Below, piece after piece: positions 26,277 to 35,731 of a DNA stretch of 64,000 nucleotides. The notes under the pieces were generated by a model. The model saw nothing but the letters and a program-made list of their open reading frames with translations, ran no database searches and was not told the origin of the DNA. The DNA lies in contig OZ219926.1 of the NCBI GenBank assembly GCA_964291405.2, positions 4,416,001 to 4,480,000 on the forward strand. The letters are read 5' to 3'. Position 1 is the stretch's first letter. Each line of letters begins with the position of its first letter. Position numbers and translations under genes: made by a program. This stretch comes from Thermodesulfobacteriota bacterium. GTDB taxonomy: Bacteria > Desulfobacterota > Binatia > Bin18.

Positions 26277-28304
26277 CTAGCACGGACGAATGGTCACCTC
26301 GGTACTATGCACGCTGGAACTCTCGCCCATATCGGACCGAATCCCCGGATTTAGCGCGTTCACATTATGACGACCGGCTTCGAGCTTGGGCCAGCGGCCT
26401 TTATGCGCCAGGGCCACGCCTCGGGGAGCGATGGCGTCAATCGTGGCGGTCAGCTCAAGCTGGCCGGTTTCATTTGCAAGCCGAACACGCGTTCCGGCCG
26501 TGATACCCAGCTGCGCTGCATCGTCCGGGTGCAGGGTGACGCCGGCCTGACCGGCGCGTTGCTGAATGTTGGCATCGTTGGCGTACGAATCGTTGAGCCG
26601 CCAGCGCGAGGCCGGGCTCAGCAGGCGGAACCGGTTGTTCGTCGGCTGGGTGTCAGCCCAGGGTTGGGGCACGCGCGGCAGGCCCTTTTGCTCGGCCTTG
26701 TCCGAGGCGATTTCAATCTTGCCGCTGGGGGTATCAAACGTCAGGTCTTCGTAGAAAATAAGCGGGGCCGGGCTGATCGAACGCCAACCGGTCTGTTGGA
26801 GGGCGCTGAAATCACAGCCGGTCTGCATTTCAGCGAGCATCTGGCTGATAATAGCCTCGTCCGGCTCAAATAACGCTGACTCTTCAAATCCCATGGCCGC
26901 GGCCAGACGGCGAAAAATTTCCTGATTGGGCAGAGACTCACCCATGGGCTCCCGGGCTTTGGACTGCGCGCCAATATTGAGATGAAAATAACTGAAGGTC
27001 AGGTCGTCAAATTCAAGGAAGCTCGCCGCCGGCAGCACGATGTCGGCAAAATCCGTGGTGTCGGTAGGAAAACAATCGATTGCCACCGTGAACAGGTCTT
27101 CGCGCTTGAGAGCCGCGTACAGGCGTTGTTGTTGCGGGGCCGACGCCGCGGGATTGGTATTCCAACACACAAGGGCCTGTGAGACGCTCGCATCTTCGAG
27201 TCGCGCGGTAAAATCCATATGACTGATGCGCGGCACTCTCCCCTTTGCCAACGAGCTGCCAGCCAAAGCATCAAAGTCCATGCCCGCAATACCGGGGGTG
27301 ATGTTCAAATAGTAAAAGCCGGCGCCGGGTTTGCCGATATTCCCGGTTAACGCCGGCAGCAGCCCGCAGGCGCGCATGACGTTGCCGCCAGTGGTTTGTC
27401 TTTGCAGACCCTGTCCGACCCACAGCAGGGAAGGGCCGGGTCCGTACAGGTGGGCGGCGCGTTCAATCAGGTCTGCCGGAACACCGGTTGTCCGCTCTCC
27501 CCAGGCGGGGGTACAGGGGGCTAACAAGGGCAGCATTTCATCATAGCCCACGGTGTGTTCGGCTATGAAGTCAGTCTGAAAAAATCCGTCCCGGTGCAGC
27601 ACGTGCAGCAGGCTGAATGCCAGAGCCGCATCAGTCCCAGGGAAAGGCTGGAGGTGGAGGTCGGCCTGGGCAGCGGTCTCCGTCCGGATTGGATCGACAA
27701 CGATCTTCTGGGCCGGGGATTCGGGCAACCAGTGCTTGTGCGCGTGTGGGGCGGAATGGGCCGGGTTCGCACCCCAGACCAGAATACAGCGCGAGTCCGC
27801 AGCCGTGCGGGGGTCAAAGCCCACATACGAACTCCCGAACAACAGTCCCCAGGCAACATGTCCGGCCATATTGCAGATGGTGTCAGGCTCGACCTCGGTT
27901 GCGCCCAGACGGTGAAAGAAACGCAGGGGAAACATATAGGCCAACAGCGACAGCGTGCCGGTGTAATGGGTATGAATGACGGCTTCCGGGCCGGTCATCT
28001 GCACAATGTTCTGGAGTTTCGAGGCAATGGTGGTGAGGGCTGCGTCCCAACTGATCCGCTCGAACTGGCCGTGTCCTTTGGGGCCGGTCCGTTTGAGCGG
28101 GTGTAACAAGCGGGCCTGCTCATCTTGCCAGACGCCGTTATAGGCTGTGGCGCATTTGCCGCACAGCGCGCCCCGCGAAACCGGATGGTCCGGGTCACCC
28201 AGCACGCGGGTGATGGCTCCGTCTCTTTGCTCGACCACTATGCCGCAGCCGTCATAGCAGTCACGCGGACAGGTGGTCCGTATGCGCTCGAATTGTGGGT
28301 CCAT
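26277..28304 (-). CDS. Molybdopterin-dependent oxidoreductase (DMSO reductase superfamily), no Tat leader
   Basis: CPRDCYDGC...LCGKC Fe-S motif, TICNMAG, ADIVLPAA, C-terminal LHPDDA dinucleotide-binding domain. Confidence 0.9.
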   Translation of the reverse strand: MDPQFERIRTTCPRDCYDGCGIVVEQRDGAITRVLGDPDHPVSRGALCGKCATAYNGVWQDEQARLLHPLKRTGPKGHGQFERISWDAALTTIASKLQNIVQMTGPEAVIHTHYTGTLSLLAYMFPLRFFHRLGATEVEPDTICNMAGHVAWGLLFGSSYVGFDPRTAADSRCILVWGANPAHSAPHAHKHWLPESPAQKIVVDPIRTETAAQADLHLQPFPGTDAALAFSLLHVLHRDGFFQTDFIAEHTVGYDEMLPLLAPCTPAWGERTTGVPADLIERAAHLYGPGPSLLWVGQGLQRQTTGGNVMRACGLLPALTGNIGKPGAGFYYLNITPGIAGMDFDALAGSSLAKGRVPRISHMDFTARLEDASVSQALVCWNTNPAASAPQQQRLYAALKREDLFTVAIDCFPTDTTDFADIVLPAASFLEFDDLTFSYFHLNIGAQSKAREPMGESLPNQEIFRRLAAAMGFEESALFEPDEAIISQMLAEMQTGCDFSALQQTGWRSISPAPLIFYEDLTFDTPSGKIEIASDKAEQKGLPRVPQPWADTQPTNNRFRLLSPASRWRLNDSYANDANIQQRAGQAGVTLHPDDAAQLGITAGTRVRLANETGQLELTATIDAIAPRGVALAHKGRWPKLEAGRHNVNALNPGIRSDMGESSSVHSTEVTIRPC

Positions 28305-28416
28305 ACCGTGTCTCCCCTCCGTGTCCCGCGGTGAGCGTTAATTCGGCCTACCCCCCTTTTGTAACCCCCGACGTTCACATAAGCTAGACCGCTCCAGCAG
28401 CAAGAGAGGAGCAGGG

Positions 28417-30021
28417 ATGAGGAAGGTTCAGCTTGTGGGAGGTCAGTTGCAGTGGGGAATATGGACGCTGGCGCTGATCGTGGTGCTCTCTACCGGCTCC
28501 CTCGCGCAGGCCAGCCAACTCACCGCACCGGGGCTGGCCGCCAGCGATGGTATGGTGGTCGGCAACGCGGTGGCCTACCCGTTCAACGCGGCGACCGCGC
28601 TGTTCCATAATCCAGCCCAACTCAGCCTGGTGCCGAACTCCTTCTCTATGGGCTCGTTCAACATCATGTTTCATCCGTCCTATGAGAATAGGCACGGCAT
28701 CTTCTTGCCTGACTCTTTGCGCGGGGCGCTGCCGCCCGGCGTCGACCCGGAAGGGTTCCGTGCGTTCAGGGGATTCCGTCCGTCGGCCGACCGCTCCGGG
28801 TATTATGACAGCACCAGCCGCGAGTTCCCGATAGCACCGAACTTTGGCTATCGGACCGACCGGTTTGCGCCCTTCGCATTTGGTATCGGTATGTATGGCT
28901 CGTTGGGCTTCGCCTTCAACTATGGGGCCGGACCCGAACACGGAGTCCCCAACAATTTCTTTACCGAGTTGGTAGCGGTGTCGCTGGCGCCGTCCCTGTC
29001 CTATTCGCTGGCATCGAACCTGCACCTCGGCGTCAGTCTCAATCCGACCTATGGACGGCTGAAGACTAAATCGCCCACTCCGCTCGGTCGGCTTGATCTC
29101 GATGTGCGCGGACCGGGCATGTTCGGGACTATCGGGGTGATGTATCAACCCACGGAGCGCCTCAACCTGGGGTTAACCTATAAGACGCCGGGCAAAATCT
29201 GGATGTTCGGCAACGCCCGGGTGGACGGGATGGGCGACGACGCCACGGTCTATTTTAATATCCCGCAGAACGTCAAGTTCGGCTTTGCGTACCGGATCAC
29301 CGACCGTCTGACGTTTGCCGGTCAGGCGCGCTGGAGTCAGCTGTCCGTGTTCGATGAGACGCGCGTCCGGTTCGAGCAGTATACCGCGCTGAATCAACCC
29401 GCGGTGGGTCGGGCCAAGGACCGCTGGCGGATGGGTGGCGGGTTCACCTATCAGGTGTCCGAAAACCTCATGCTCGGTGTCGGATTCTCGCATGAGCCGT
29501 GGGCCATCAAGGACGACTCGCTCAAGCCCACGCTGGCCGACAATACCGATTATATGCTTGCTTTCGGGGGTCAGTATAAGCACGGTGCGTGGATTTTCGA
29601 CCTGATCGGTGGTATGGGCAACCTCGAGCCGCGACGTGCGGACGTTCGAGAAAACCCCGTTTTCCCCGGTCGTTACGATTTGGGTATGAACGTCTTCGGG
29701 TTTCAGATGACACGCCTGCTCGGACCATCAGAAACGGAAGCCACAGGTGATCCCGCGCCTACGATAAGCATGGCCTCGTACCGGGACTATGCGGAATCTG
29801 CCCGCTACTCTATTGCCGCGTCCCAGAGCAAGCGGAATCCCGAACGCGACCTTCTGAGTGACCCGAGTCAGGGCGACGCGCTCCTGGATACGTTGATCGC
29901 AAAACTCTCACGCAATCGTTGCACTCTGCTGCCCCGGTCCGAATCCGAGCGCATGTTCGCACTCTCGGACAAGGAACGCCAGCGGTGGTGTCGGCGCTGG
30001 GACGACTTGCGTCCGGCGTAA
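28417..30021 (+). CDS. OmpP1/FadL/TodX family outer-membrane transporter with a C-terminal extension
   Basis: Signal peptide; ALFHNPAQL hatch motif; amphipathic beta strands; IPQNVKFGFAY; ~95 extra C-terminal residues. Confidence 0.82.
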   Translation: MRKVQLVGGQLQWGIWTLALIVVLSTGSLAQASQLTAPGLAASDGMVVGNAVAYPFNAATALFHNPAQLSLVPNSFSMGSFNIMFHPSYENRHGIFLPDSLRGALPPGVDPEGFRAFRGFRPSADRSGYYDSTSREFPIAPNFGYRTDRFAPFAFGIGMYGSLGFAFNYGAGPEHGVPNNFFTELVAVSLAPSLSYSLASNLHLGVSLNPTYGRLKTKSPTPLGRLDLDVRGPGMFGTIGVMYQPTERLNLGLTYKTPGKIWMFGNARVDGMGDDATVYFNIPQNVKFGFAYRITDRLTFAGQARWSQLSVFDETRVRFEQYTALNQPAVGRAKDRWRMGGGFTYQVSENLMLGVGFSHEPWAIKDDSLKPTLADNTDYMLAFGGQYKHGAWIFDLIGGMGNLEPRRADVRENPVFPGRYDLGMNVFGFQMTRLLGPSETEATGDPAPTISMASYRDYAESARYSIAASQSKRNPERDLLSDPSQGDALLDTLIAKLSRNRCTLLPRSESERMFALSDKERQRWCRRWDDLRPA

Positions 30022-30210
30022 CAGTCTGGACGGTGAGCCCTTTCTACCAGGCTTGCGCTTACCAGTGGCCAGGCTGTGGGGGAGGAGTGAAGCCCGTCGC
30101 GTGACGGCAGCACTCCTAAGAACGAACATGCCTGCCTATAGTTCCAGTGCCTTGCAGTATCAGTCCATATTTACTTGTCCCTTCTCGGATTTTTCGCTAG
30201 CTTCAATTCC

Positions 30211-30435
30211 ATGTTGGATTGGTCGTCCTGCCCCGCTGTCGAGCGTGTACCTGGTAGAATGAGTGGTGCGTGGGTCTTTCGAGGAACTCGTGTCCCGGTG
30301 AAGGCCCTCTTTGAGAATCTGGAAGATGGGACGTGTCTTGCTGATTTCTTGCTCTGGTTTCCTGGCGTCACGCGTCAGCAAGTCGAAGCCGTGCTCAACC
30401 ATACCCAGCAAAGCCTCAAGACTGAGGAAAAATAA
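30211..30435 (+). CDS. DUF433 domain protein (antitoxin-like)
   Basis: MLDWSSCPAVERVPGRMSGAWVFRGTRVPVKALFENLEDG...FPGV. Confidence 0.85.
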   Translation: MLDWSSCPAVERVPGRMSGAWVFRGTRVPVKALFENLEDGTCLADFLLWFPGVTRQQVEAVLNHTQQSLKTEEK

Positions 30436-30440
30436 ATTCT

Positions 30441-30488
30441 ATACGGGTGCTGTTTGACCAGGGTAACCCGGTTCCACTGCGTCGTTAC
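30441..30488 (+). pseudogene. Stub of a DUF5615/PIN-like toxin
   Basis: ATA-RVLFDQGNPVPLRRY directly after DUF433; start codon degenerate; runs into the 3' end of the convergent gene. Confidence 0.6.
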
Positions 30489-31705
30489 CGCTCCCCCTTA
30501 TACAACACTCCCTGATCGTGTAGCCCGGCAATCGTGTCCGAAGAGCGGCCCAGGTACTGGCCCAGTACTTCGGCGTTGTGCTGACCGAGTAGGGGAGCCT
30601 GGAGGTCGAGTTCGTCCGGGAAAGCCGAATACTTGAACGGGAAACCCGGAATGGTGACCTCGCCAAGAATCTGATCCGGCACCTGACGGACCATTTTGCG
30701 GGCAATGAAATAGGGGTGGGAGACCGTTTCTTCAATCGATAACACCGGGCCGGCCGGAACGCGGTGGTCGGCCAGGGCTTTGAGCGCGGCCTCGTCGCTC
30801 GGAAACGATTGCAGCCAAGACTCGATCATGGCGATCAGTTCTTTTTGATTTTGACCGCGCGCTTTGGCGGTGGCAAAACGCGGGTTGTCGACGAGTTCCG
30901 GCTTGCCCAACGCTTTGGCCACATTCGGCCACTGGCGGTTCAGGGCTAAAATCACACAATGGCCCTGCCTACTCTTGAACACGCCCAGCGGACAGGAGGC
31001 ATAGTGATGGGTGCCGAAACGCATGGGCTTGTATTTGCCGTTGCTGGCGGCAAAGGCCTGCACTTCAACCGACTGCATATGATACAGGGCATCGACCATG
31101 GAAATATCAACGTGCTGTCCCTGACCGGTGCGGTCCCGGTGCAGTAGGGCATAGCCGAGGGCGCCGAAGGCACTGACCCCGGCTATGCCGTCAGCTATGG
31201 CCACGCCGACAAAACGCGGTGGCCCGTCCGGGTCGCCCGTCATGTGCATAATGCCGGAAAAGCCCTGAGCGATATAATCGTAGCCGGTCAGATGGGACAG
31301 CGGACTCTTCCGACCAAAGGCGGAGATGGAACACATGACCAGGCCGGGATTGAGCGCCTTGAGCGCCTCGTAATTCAGGCCACGCCGTTCCATTACCCCA
31401 GGCCCGTAATTTTCAATGACGACATCGACATGGGGGATGAGCGCCCGAATCAGCTCGACGCCTTCCGGTCGTTTGAAATCAATACACAGGCTTTTCTTGC
31501 CGCGATTCTGCTGAATGAAGTAAATGCTGCGGCTGTCTCTCACAAAGGGCAGGGAGCGCGCCGGGTCGCCGCCCGTAGCCTGTTCGACTTTGATGACGTT
31601 CGCTCCGAGTTCGGCCATGAGCCGGGTTGCCGTCGGACCGGCCAGATACTGGGTGAAGTCGAGCACGGTCGTACCGGCCAGCATGGATGGTTGTGTGTCT
31701 GCCAT
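30485..31705 (-). CDS. CoA-transferase family III (CaiB/BaiF)
   Basis: VLDFTQYLAGP, NRGKKS, DVVIENY, GYDYIAQ, VAIAD, APLLGQHN. Confidence 0.94.
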   Translation of the reverse strand: MADTQPSMLAGTTVLDFTQYLAGPTATRLMAELGANVIKVEQATGGDPARSLPFVRDSRSIYFIQQNRGKKSLCIDFKRPEGVELIRALIPHVDVVIENYGPGVMERRGLNYEALKALNPGLVMCSISAFGRKSPLSHLTGYDYIAQGFSGIMHMTGDPDGPPRFVGVAIADGIAGVSAFGALGYALLHRDRTGQGQHVDISMVDALYHMQSVEVQAFAASNGKYKPMRFGTHHYASCPLGVFKSRQGHCVILALNRQWPNVAKALGKPELVDNPRFATAKARGQNQKELIAMIESWLQSFPSDEAALKALADHRVPAGPVLSIEETVSHPYFIARKMVRQVPDQILGEVTIPGFPFKYSAFPDELDLQAPLLGQHNAEVLGQYLGRSSDTIAGLHDQGVLYKGER

Positions 31706-31854
31706 AGCAGTCCTCCCTTTTGCTGAGCGACTGTATAGCGGAAAGCGGGGCGTTCGCGAAGGGGCGGCCGAGACGTGTGCTTGTCGAACCGGCTGTGACG
31801 CTATAGGAAAAAGCCCAGGTTTTTCAGCTCAATTTTTCAACAAAGGAGAACATC

Positions 31855-32748
31855 ATGAAAGTAGGATTGCTCGTTCCCAACCTTGGGCCCTTAGCCACCG
31901 GACCCGGCTCGGTTGATGTGGTGACGACCATTGCCCTGAAGGCAGAAGAACTTGGTTACGACGCCCTGTGGGTGGCCGACCATGTGATCATGCCGATACA
32001 CATTAAATCCCGCTACCCGTATAATGACACCGGTGAGTTCCCGGCCAATCCGGCCGACGGCTTTCTCGAACCGTTGTCGCTGCTGGGTTATCTGGCTGGC
32101 GCCACCAAACGGGTCCGGCTGGGAACCTGGGTGCTCGTGCTGCCCCACCGCAACCCGATTGTTACGGCCAAAATGTTCGCCACCCTGGACGTGTTGTCGC
32201 GGGGACGCATGATGCTCGGGGCCGGTATCGGCTGGATGGAAGAGGAGATCAGTCTGCTCGGCGCGCCGTTCAAGAAACGCGGTAAGCTGAGCGACGAATA
32301 TCTACGGGCCATGCGCGAGCTGTGGACCAATCCCGACCCACAGTTTGAGGGCGAGTTCTGCCAGTTCAGCGATATCAAATGCGAGCCCAAGCCGGTGCAG
32401 AATCCGCTGCCGGTGTGGATTGGCGGGCATTCCGCTCGCGCGATGCGACGGGTGGTCGAGTACGGTGATGGCTGGGTTGCCGTGGCTAGAAGCTACGACG
32501 GCTTCAAAGAAGGGGTGGAGATGATCAGAGTCGCTGCAGACAAAGCCGGACGGGATATGAGCAGCATCCAAATTTTAGTCGCTCCGGCCCACACCTCCTC
32601 GGTTGACACGTTTATCGAAGAGACCAAACGCTATCAGGACCTGGGCTATGACTCTTTTCTTGCGCCACTGCCGTTATGGAGCGATAAACTGGAAGAGGGT
32701 GTAGGGTTCATGGAAGATTTCGCACAAAAAGTGACCCTAGAGTCGTAG
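31855..32748 (+). CDS. LLM-class oxidoreductase, probably F420-dependent
   Basis: AEELGYDALWVADHV, ATLDVLSRGR, GIGWMEEE, WIGGHS, YGDGW. Confidence 0.88.
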   Translation: MKVGLLVPNLGPLATGPGSVDVVTTIALKAEELGYDALWVADHVIMPIHIKSRYPYNDTGEFPANPADGFLEPLSLLGYLAGATKRVRLGTWVLVLPHRNPIVTAKMFATLDVLSRGRMMLGAGIGWMEEEISLLGAPFKKRGKLSDEYLRAMRELWTNPDPQFEGEFCQFSDIKCEPKPVQNPLPVWIGGHSARAMRRVVEYGDGWVAVARSYDGFKEGVEMIRVAADKAGRDMSSIQILVAPAHTSSVDTFIEETKRYQDLGYDSFLAPLPLWSDKLEEGVGFMEDFAQKVTLES

Positions 32749-32779
32749 CGGTAGAGCGGTTCCCGTATCCTTGACCATC

Positions 32780-33745
32780 ATGCGAGCACTTCATTGGGAC
32801 GGACACAACCTGCGGGTGCAGGAGCAGTATCCTGCACCGCAGGCGAGCGATGAGTGGGCACTGGTTCGCGTCCGACTGGCCGGAGTATGTTCGACCGATT
32901 TACAGATACTCAAGGGCTATATGGACTTCCGGGGCGTACCGGGGCATGAGTTTGTGGGTGAAGTCCATGAAGGACCGGCCGAATGGATGGGCAAGCGGGT
33001 GGTGGCCGAGATCAATTTCGGCTGCGGCCGATGCGACGCGTGTGGGCGCGGCATGCAGCGCCACTGCCCGACGCGCCAGGTCATGGGCATCTTGGGCGCG
33101 GACGGTAGCTTTGCCGAATATCTGGCCGTACCGCTTGCCAACCTGCATCCCGTTCCGGATTCCGTTCCTGATGAAGCCGCGGTTTTCACAGAACCGCTCG
33201 CTGCTGCGTTTGAAATCCTGGAACAAGTACCCGTCAAGCCTGGGATAGGGACGGTGGTGCTTGGCGATGGCAAGCTGGGTTTGCTGTGTGCGTTTGTGCT
33301 GCACCAGGCTGGCGCGGCGGTGACGATTGTCGGTCGGCATGATGCGAAACTCGCCTTGGCAAAGAAGGCTGGCATGAGAGCGGTGAACCTCTCCGACTGG
33401 CAATCCCAAGCCGTCGGTCTGGTGGTTGAAGCAACCGGCTCACCAACCGGTTTACAACTTGCCATGGCGGCCGTCCGTCCCCGTGGCACGCTCGTCCTGA
33501 AAAGTACGCTTGCCGAGAATCATACGCTCTCGCTGGCACCACTCGTCATCAACGAGGTCACGGTGGTCGGCTCGCGCTGCGGCTTATTCCCCCCAGCCCT
33601 GGAGGCTTTGGCCCACACCCGGATTCCGGTTGCCGCACTGATTGAGGCGGCGTATCCGCTTTCCGCCGGTCTACAGGCCCTCAACCATGCCGCCCAGCGT
33701 GGGACACGCAAAGTCCTGTTGCGCGCCGCCCCTGGTATTGATTAG
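32780..33745 (+). CDS. Zinc-dependent alcohol dehydrogenase (MDR family)
   Basis: GVCSTD, GHEFVG, CGRCDAC...HC, GDGKLG. Confidence 0.92.
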   Translation: MRALHWDGHNLRVQEQYPAPQASDEWALVRVRLAGVCSTDLQILKGYMDFRGVPGHEFVGEVHEGPAEWMGKRVVAEINFGCGRCDACGRGMQRHCPTRQVMGILGADGSFAEYLAVPLANLHPVPDSVPDEAAVFTEPLAAAFEILEQVPVKPGIGTVVLGDGKLGLLCAFVLHQAGAAVTIVGRHDAKLALAKKAGMRAVNLSDWQSQAVGLVVEATGSPTGLQLAMAAVRPRGTLVLKSTLAENHTLSLAPLVINEVTVVGSRCGLFPPALEALAHTRIPVAALIEAAYPLSAGLQALNHAAQRGTRKVLLRAAPGID

Positions 33746-33880
33746 CTAGAGCCCCAGAGCCTGTGCTTCTTACACGAGACGCTATCGGCCTGCCACATCT
33801 CGGTAGAAACGGGCAGGACGGTTTACAGCCGTTCCGTTTCAAAGTTAGACTATCTCCTTGTCAAAAAGGAGGCCCCGCCT

Positions 33881-34318
33881 ATGGATAAGAAAACGCTGAT
33901 TGCAGTCGGGCTCTTGGTTGTGGTGATTGTTGTTTCCCTGGAATGGCTCCGTTCTGGGCCCTCTTCGGATGTTCCGCCGGAAGTGATACAGCGGGATATT
34001 TTTATTGGGTCGGCCGGCTCGGGCGATATGAAGACCATGTTGGAAATGCTGGATCAGGGTGTGGACATCAACGTCCACGCTCCCTTCGGTGGTCCGACGG
34101 CGCTCATTGTTGCGGCGCGGTTTGGCCATGTTGCCATTGTCGAAGCGCTGCTTGCGCGTGGGGCTGAGGTCAACGCCGAGGATAACTACGGCCAGACAGC
34201 ACTCTATTTTGCCAAGAAAAACAGCAAAACCAGAGTGATTGAACTGCTGGAAGCCGCAGGTGGGACCTCGCCACCAGTTGAAAAGGTGGATGCACAGCCG
34301 CCGATGAGCGATGTCTGA
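33881..34318 (+). CDS. Membrane-anchored ankyrin repeat protein
   Basis: N-terminal TM/signal; TALIVAARFGHVAIVEALLARGAEVNAEDNYGQTALYFA. Confidence 0.88.
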   Translation: MDKKTLIAVGLLVVVIVVSLEWLRSGPSSDVPPEVIQRDIFIGSAGSGDMKTMLEMLDQGVDINVHAPFGGPTALIVAARFGHVAIVEALLARGAEVNAEDNYGQTALYFAKKNSKTRVIELLEAAGGTSPPVEKVDAQPPMSDV

Positions 34319-34445
34319 AGCCCCGCGGGCTATTGCCGATTGACCTTGGTCTATGAGCAGGATAGGACGACCCTCGTCAGGGCGGAGCGCGACCGCTCTC
34401 GTTGTCTAGAGAAAGAAAACGTTTCGCATATTAAGGAGGACTACT

Positions 34446-35675
34446 ATGGCGGCACCCGTGTATGTGCTTGGTGGGCATCAGACCGATTTTGCCCGCAACT
34501 GGATGAAAGAGGGAAACGATATTGTCGATATGCTCAAGGAAGCGGTAGCGGACGGCTTCGCCGCAACAGAGGTGGACCCGCAGGAAGTCGATGTTGCCCA
34601 TGTCGGCAATTTCGCCGCGGAACTCTACTGCAAGCAGGGTCATCTCGGTGCCTTTCTGGCTGAAATCGACCCGGCCCTGTCAGGTATTCCCACCGCGCGG
34701 CACGAAGCCGCCTGCGCGTCGGGCAGTATTTCCATGCTGATGGCCTCGGCGGAAATCGAAGCCGGCCGGTATGAGGTGGCGCTGGTCGTCGGGGTCGAGC
34801 AGATGAAGACCGTTGACCCGGCTACGGGTGGAGATTTTCTCGGCACCGCGGCCTGGTACGACCAGGAGGCCAAGGGAGTGGAGTTTGCGTTTCCAAAGCT
34901 GTTTGGCCAGCTCGGCGATGTGTATGAAGAACGCTATGGGCTGCAGGAAGAACACCTCACCCGGATTGCCGAGGTGAATTACTCAAACGCCCGCCGCAAC
35001 CCCCGAGCGCAAACCCGCGGCTGGTTTTCGGACGAGTCACAGAATTTGGATTCTGGGAAATACGGGAATCCGGTGGCCGGCCGGCTGCGCGTGCGCGACT
35101 GTTCGCAGGTCACAGACGGTGCCACGTCGATTTTCTTAGCCTCGGAATCCTTTGCTAAAAAATACGCCGAACGGAGAGGTCTGGCTCTGGCGAGTCTGCC
35201 CCAGATTCTGGGCTGGGGTCACCGCACCGCACCGATCAAGTTTGATACCAAAATCGCCCAGAGCAAAGGCAACCCCTATGTGTTGCCCCATACGCGAAAA
35301 GCTATTGTTGATGCCTTCCAACGGGCCGGCTTGTCCGATGTCTGGCAGGTGCAGGGCATTGAGACGCACGATTGCTTTACCACCTCCGAGTATATGGCCA
35401 TCGATCATTTCGGGCTTACCAACCCAGGCGAGGCGTGGCGCGCCATCGAGGACGGCGTGATTGAATTTGGTAGTAAGCTGCCGATTAACGCCAGCGGTGG
35501 CTTGATCGGCTGCGGACATCCGGTGGGCGCAACTGGGACGCGGCAGGCCCTGGACGCCTTTCGTCAGGTGACGGAAACGGCCGGGGACTACCAGATTGAA
35601 GGCGCGAAGAAAATCGCGACCTTGAATATCGGTGGCTCGGGCACGACCAGCGTGGCTATGGTCATTGGCTCCTAG
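34446..35675 (+). CDS. Acetyl-CoA acetyltransferase (SCP2-type thiolase)
   Basis: EAACASG, ETHDCF, NASGGLIGCGHPVGATG. Confidence 0.92.
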   Translation: MAAPVYVLGGHQTDFARNWMKEGNDIVDMLKEAVADGFAATEVDPQEVDVAHVGNFAAELYCKQGHLGAFLAEIDPALSGIPTARHEAACASGSISMLMASAEIEAGRYEVALVVGVEQMKTVDPATGGDFLGTAAWYDQEAKGVEFAFPKLFGQLGDVYEERYGLQEEHLTRIAEVNYSNARRNPRAQTRGWFSDESQNLDSGKYGNPVAGRLRVRDCSQVTDGATSIFLASESFAKKYAERRGLALASLPQILGWGHRTAPIKFDTKIAQSKGNPYVLPHTRKAIVDAFQRAGLSDVWQVQGIETHDCFTTSEYMAIDHFGLTNPGEAWRAIEDGVIEFGSKLPINASGGLIGCGHPVGATGTRQALDAFRQVTETAGDYQIEGAKKIATLNIGGSGTTSVAMVIGS

Positions 35676-35709
35676 CCAGTAGAAGTGCGTAGAGAGAAAT
35701 CCATAGTGA

Positions 35710-35729
35710 GGGGGCGACCGGTCGCCCCC
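35710..35729. repeat. Perfect 20-bp palindrome between convergent genes (REP-like or terminator)
   Basis: gggggcgacc ggtcgccccc. Confidence 0.55.
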
Positions 35730-35731
35730 CC

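Noticed and set aside
33881-34318. Ankyrin protein as a symbiosis effector
   Set aside because: Only 2-3 repeats; such proteins are common in free-living bacteria and no secretion system is nearby.
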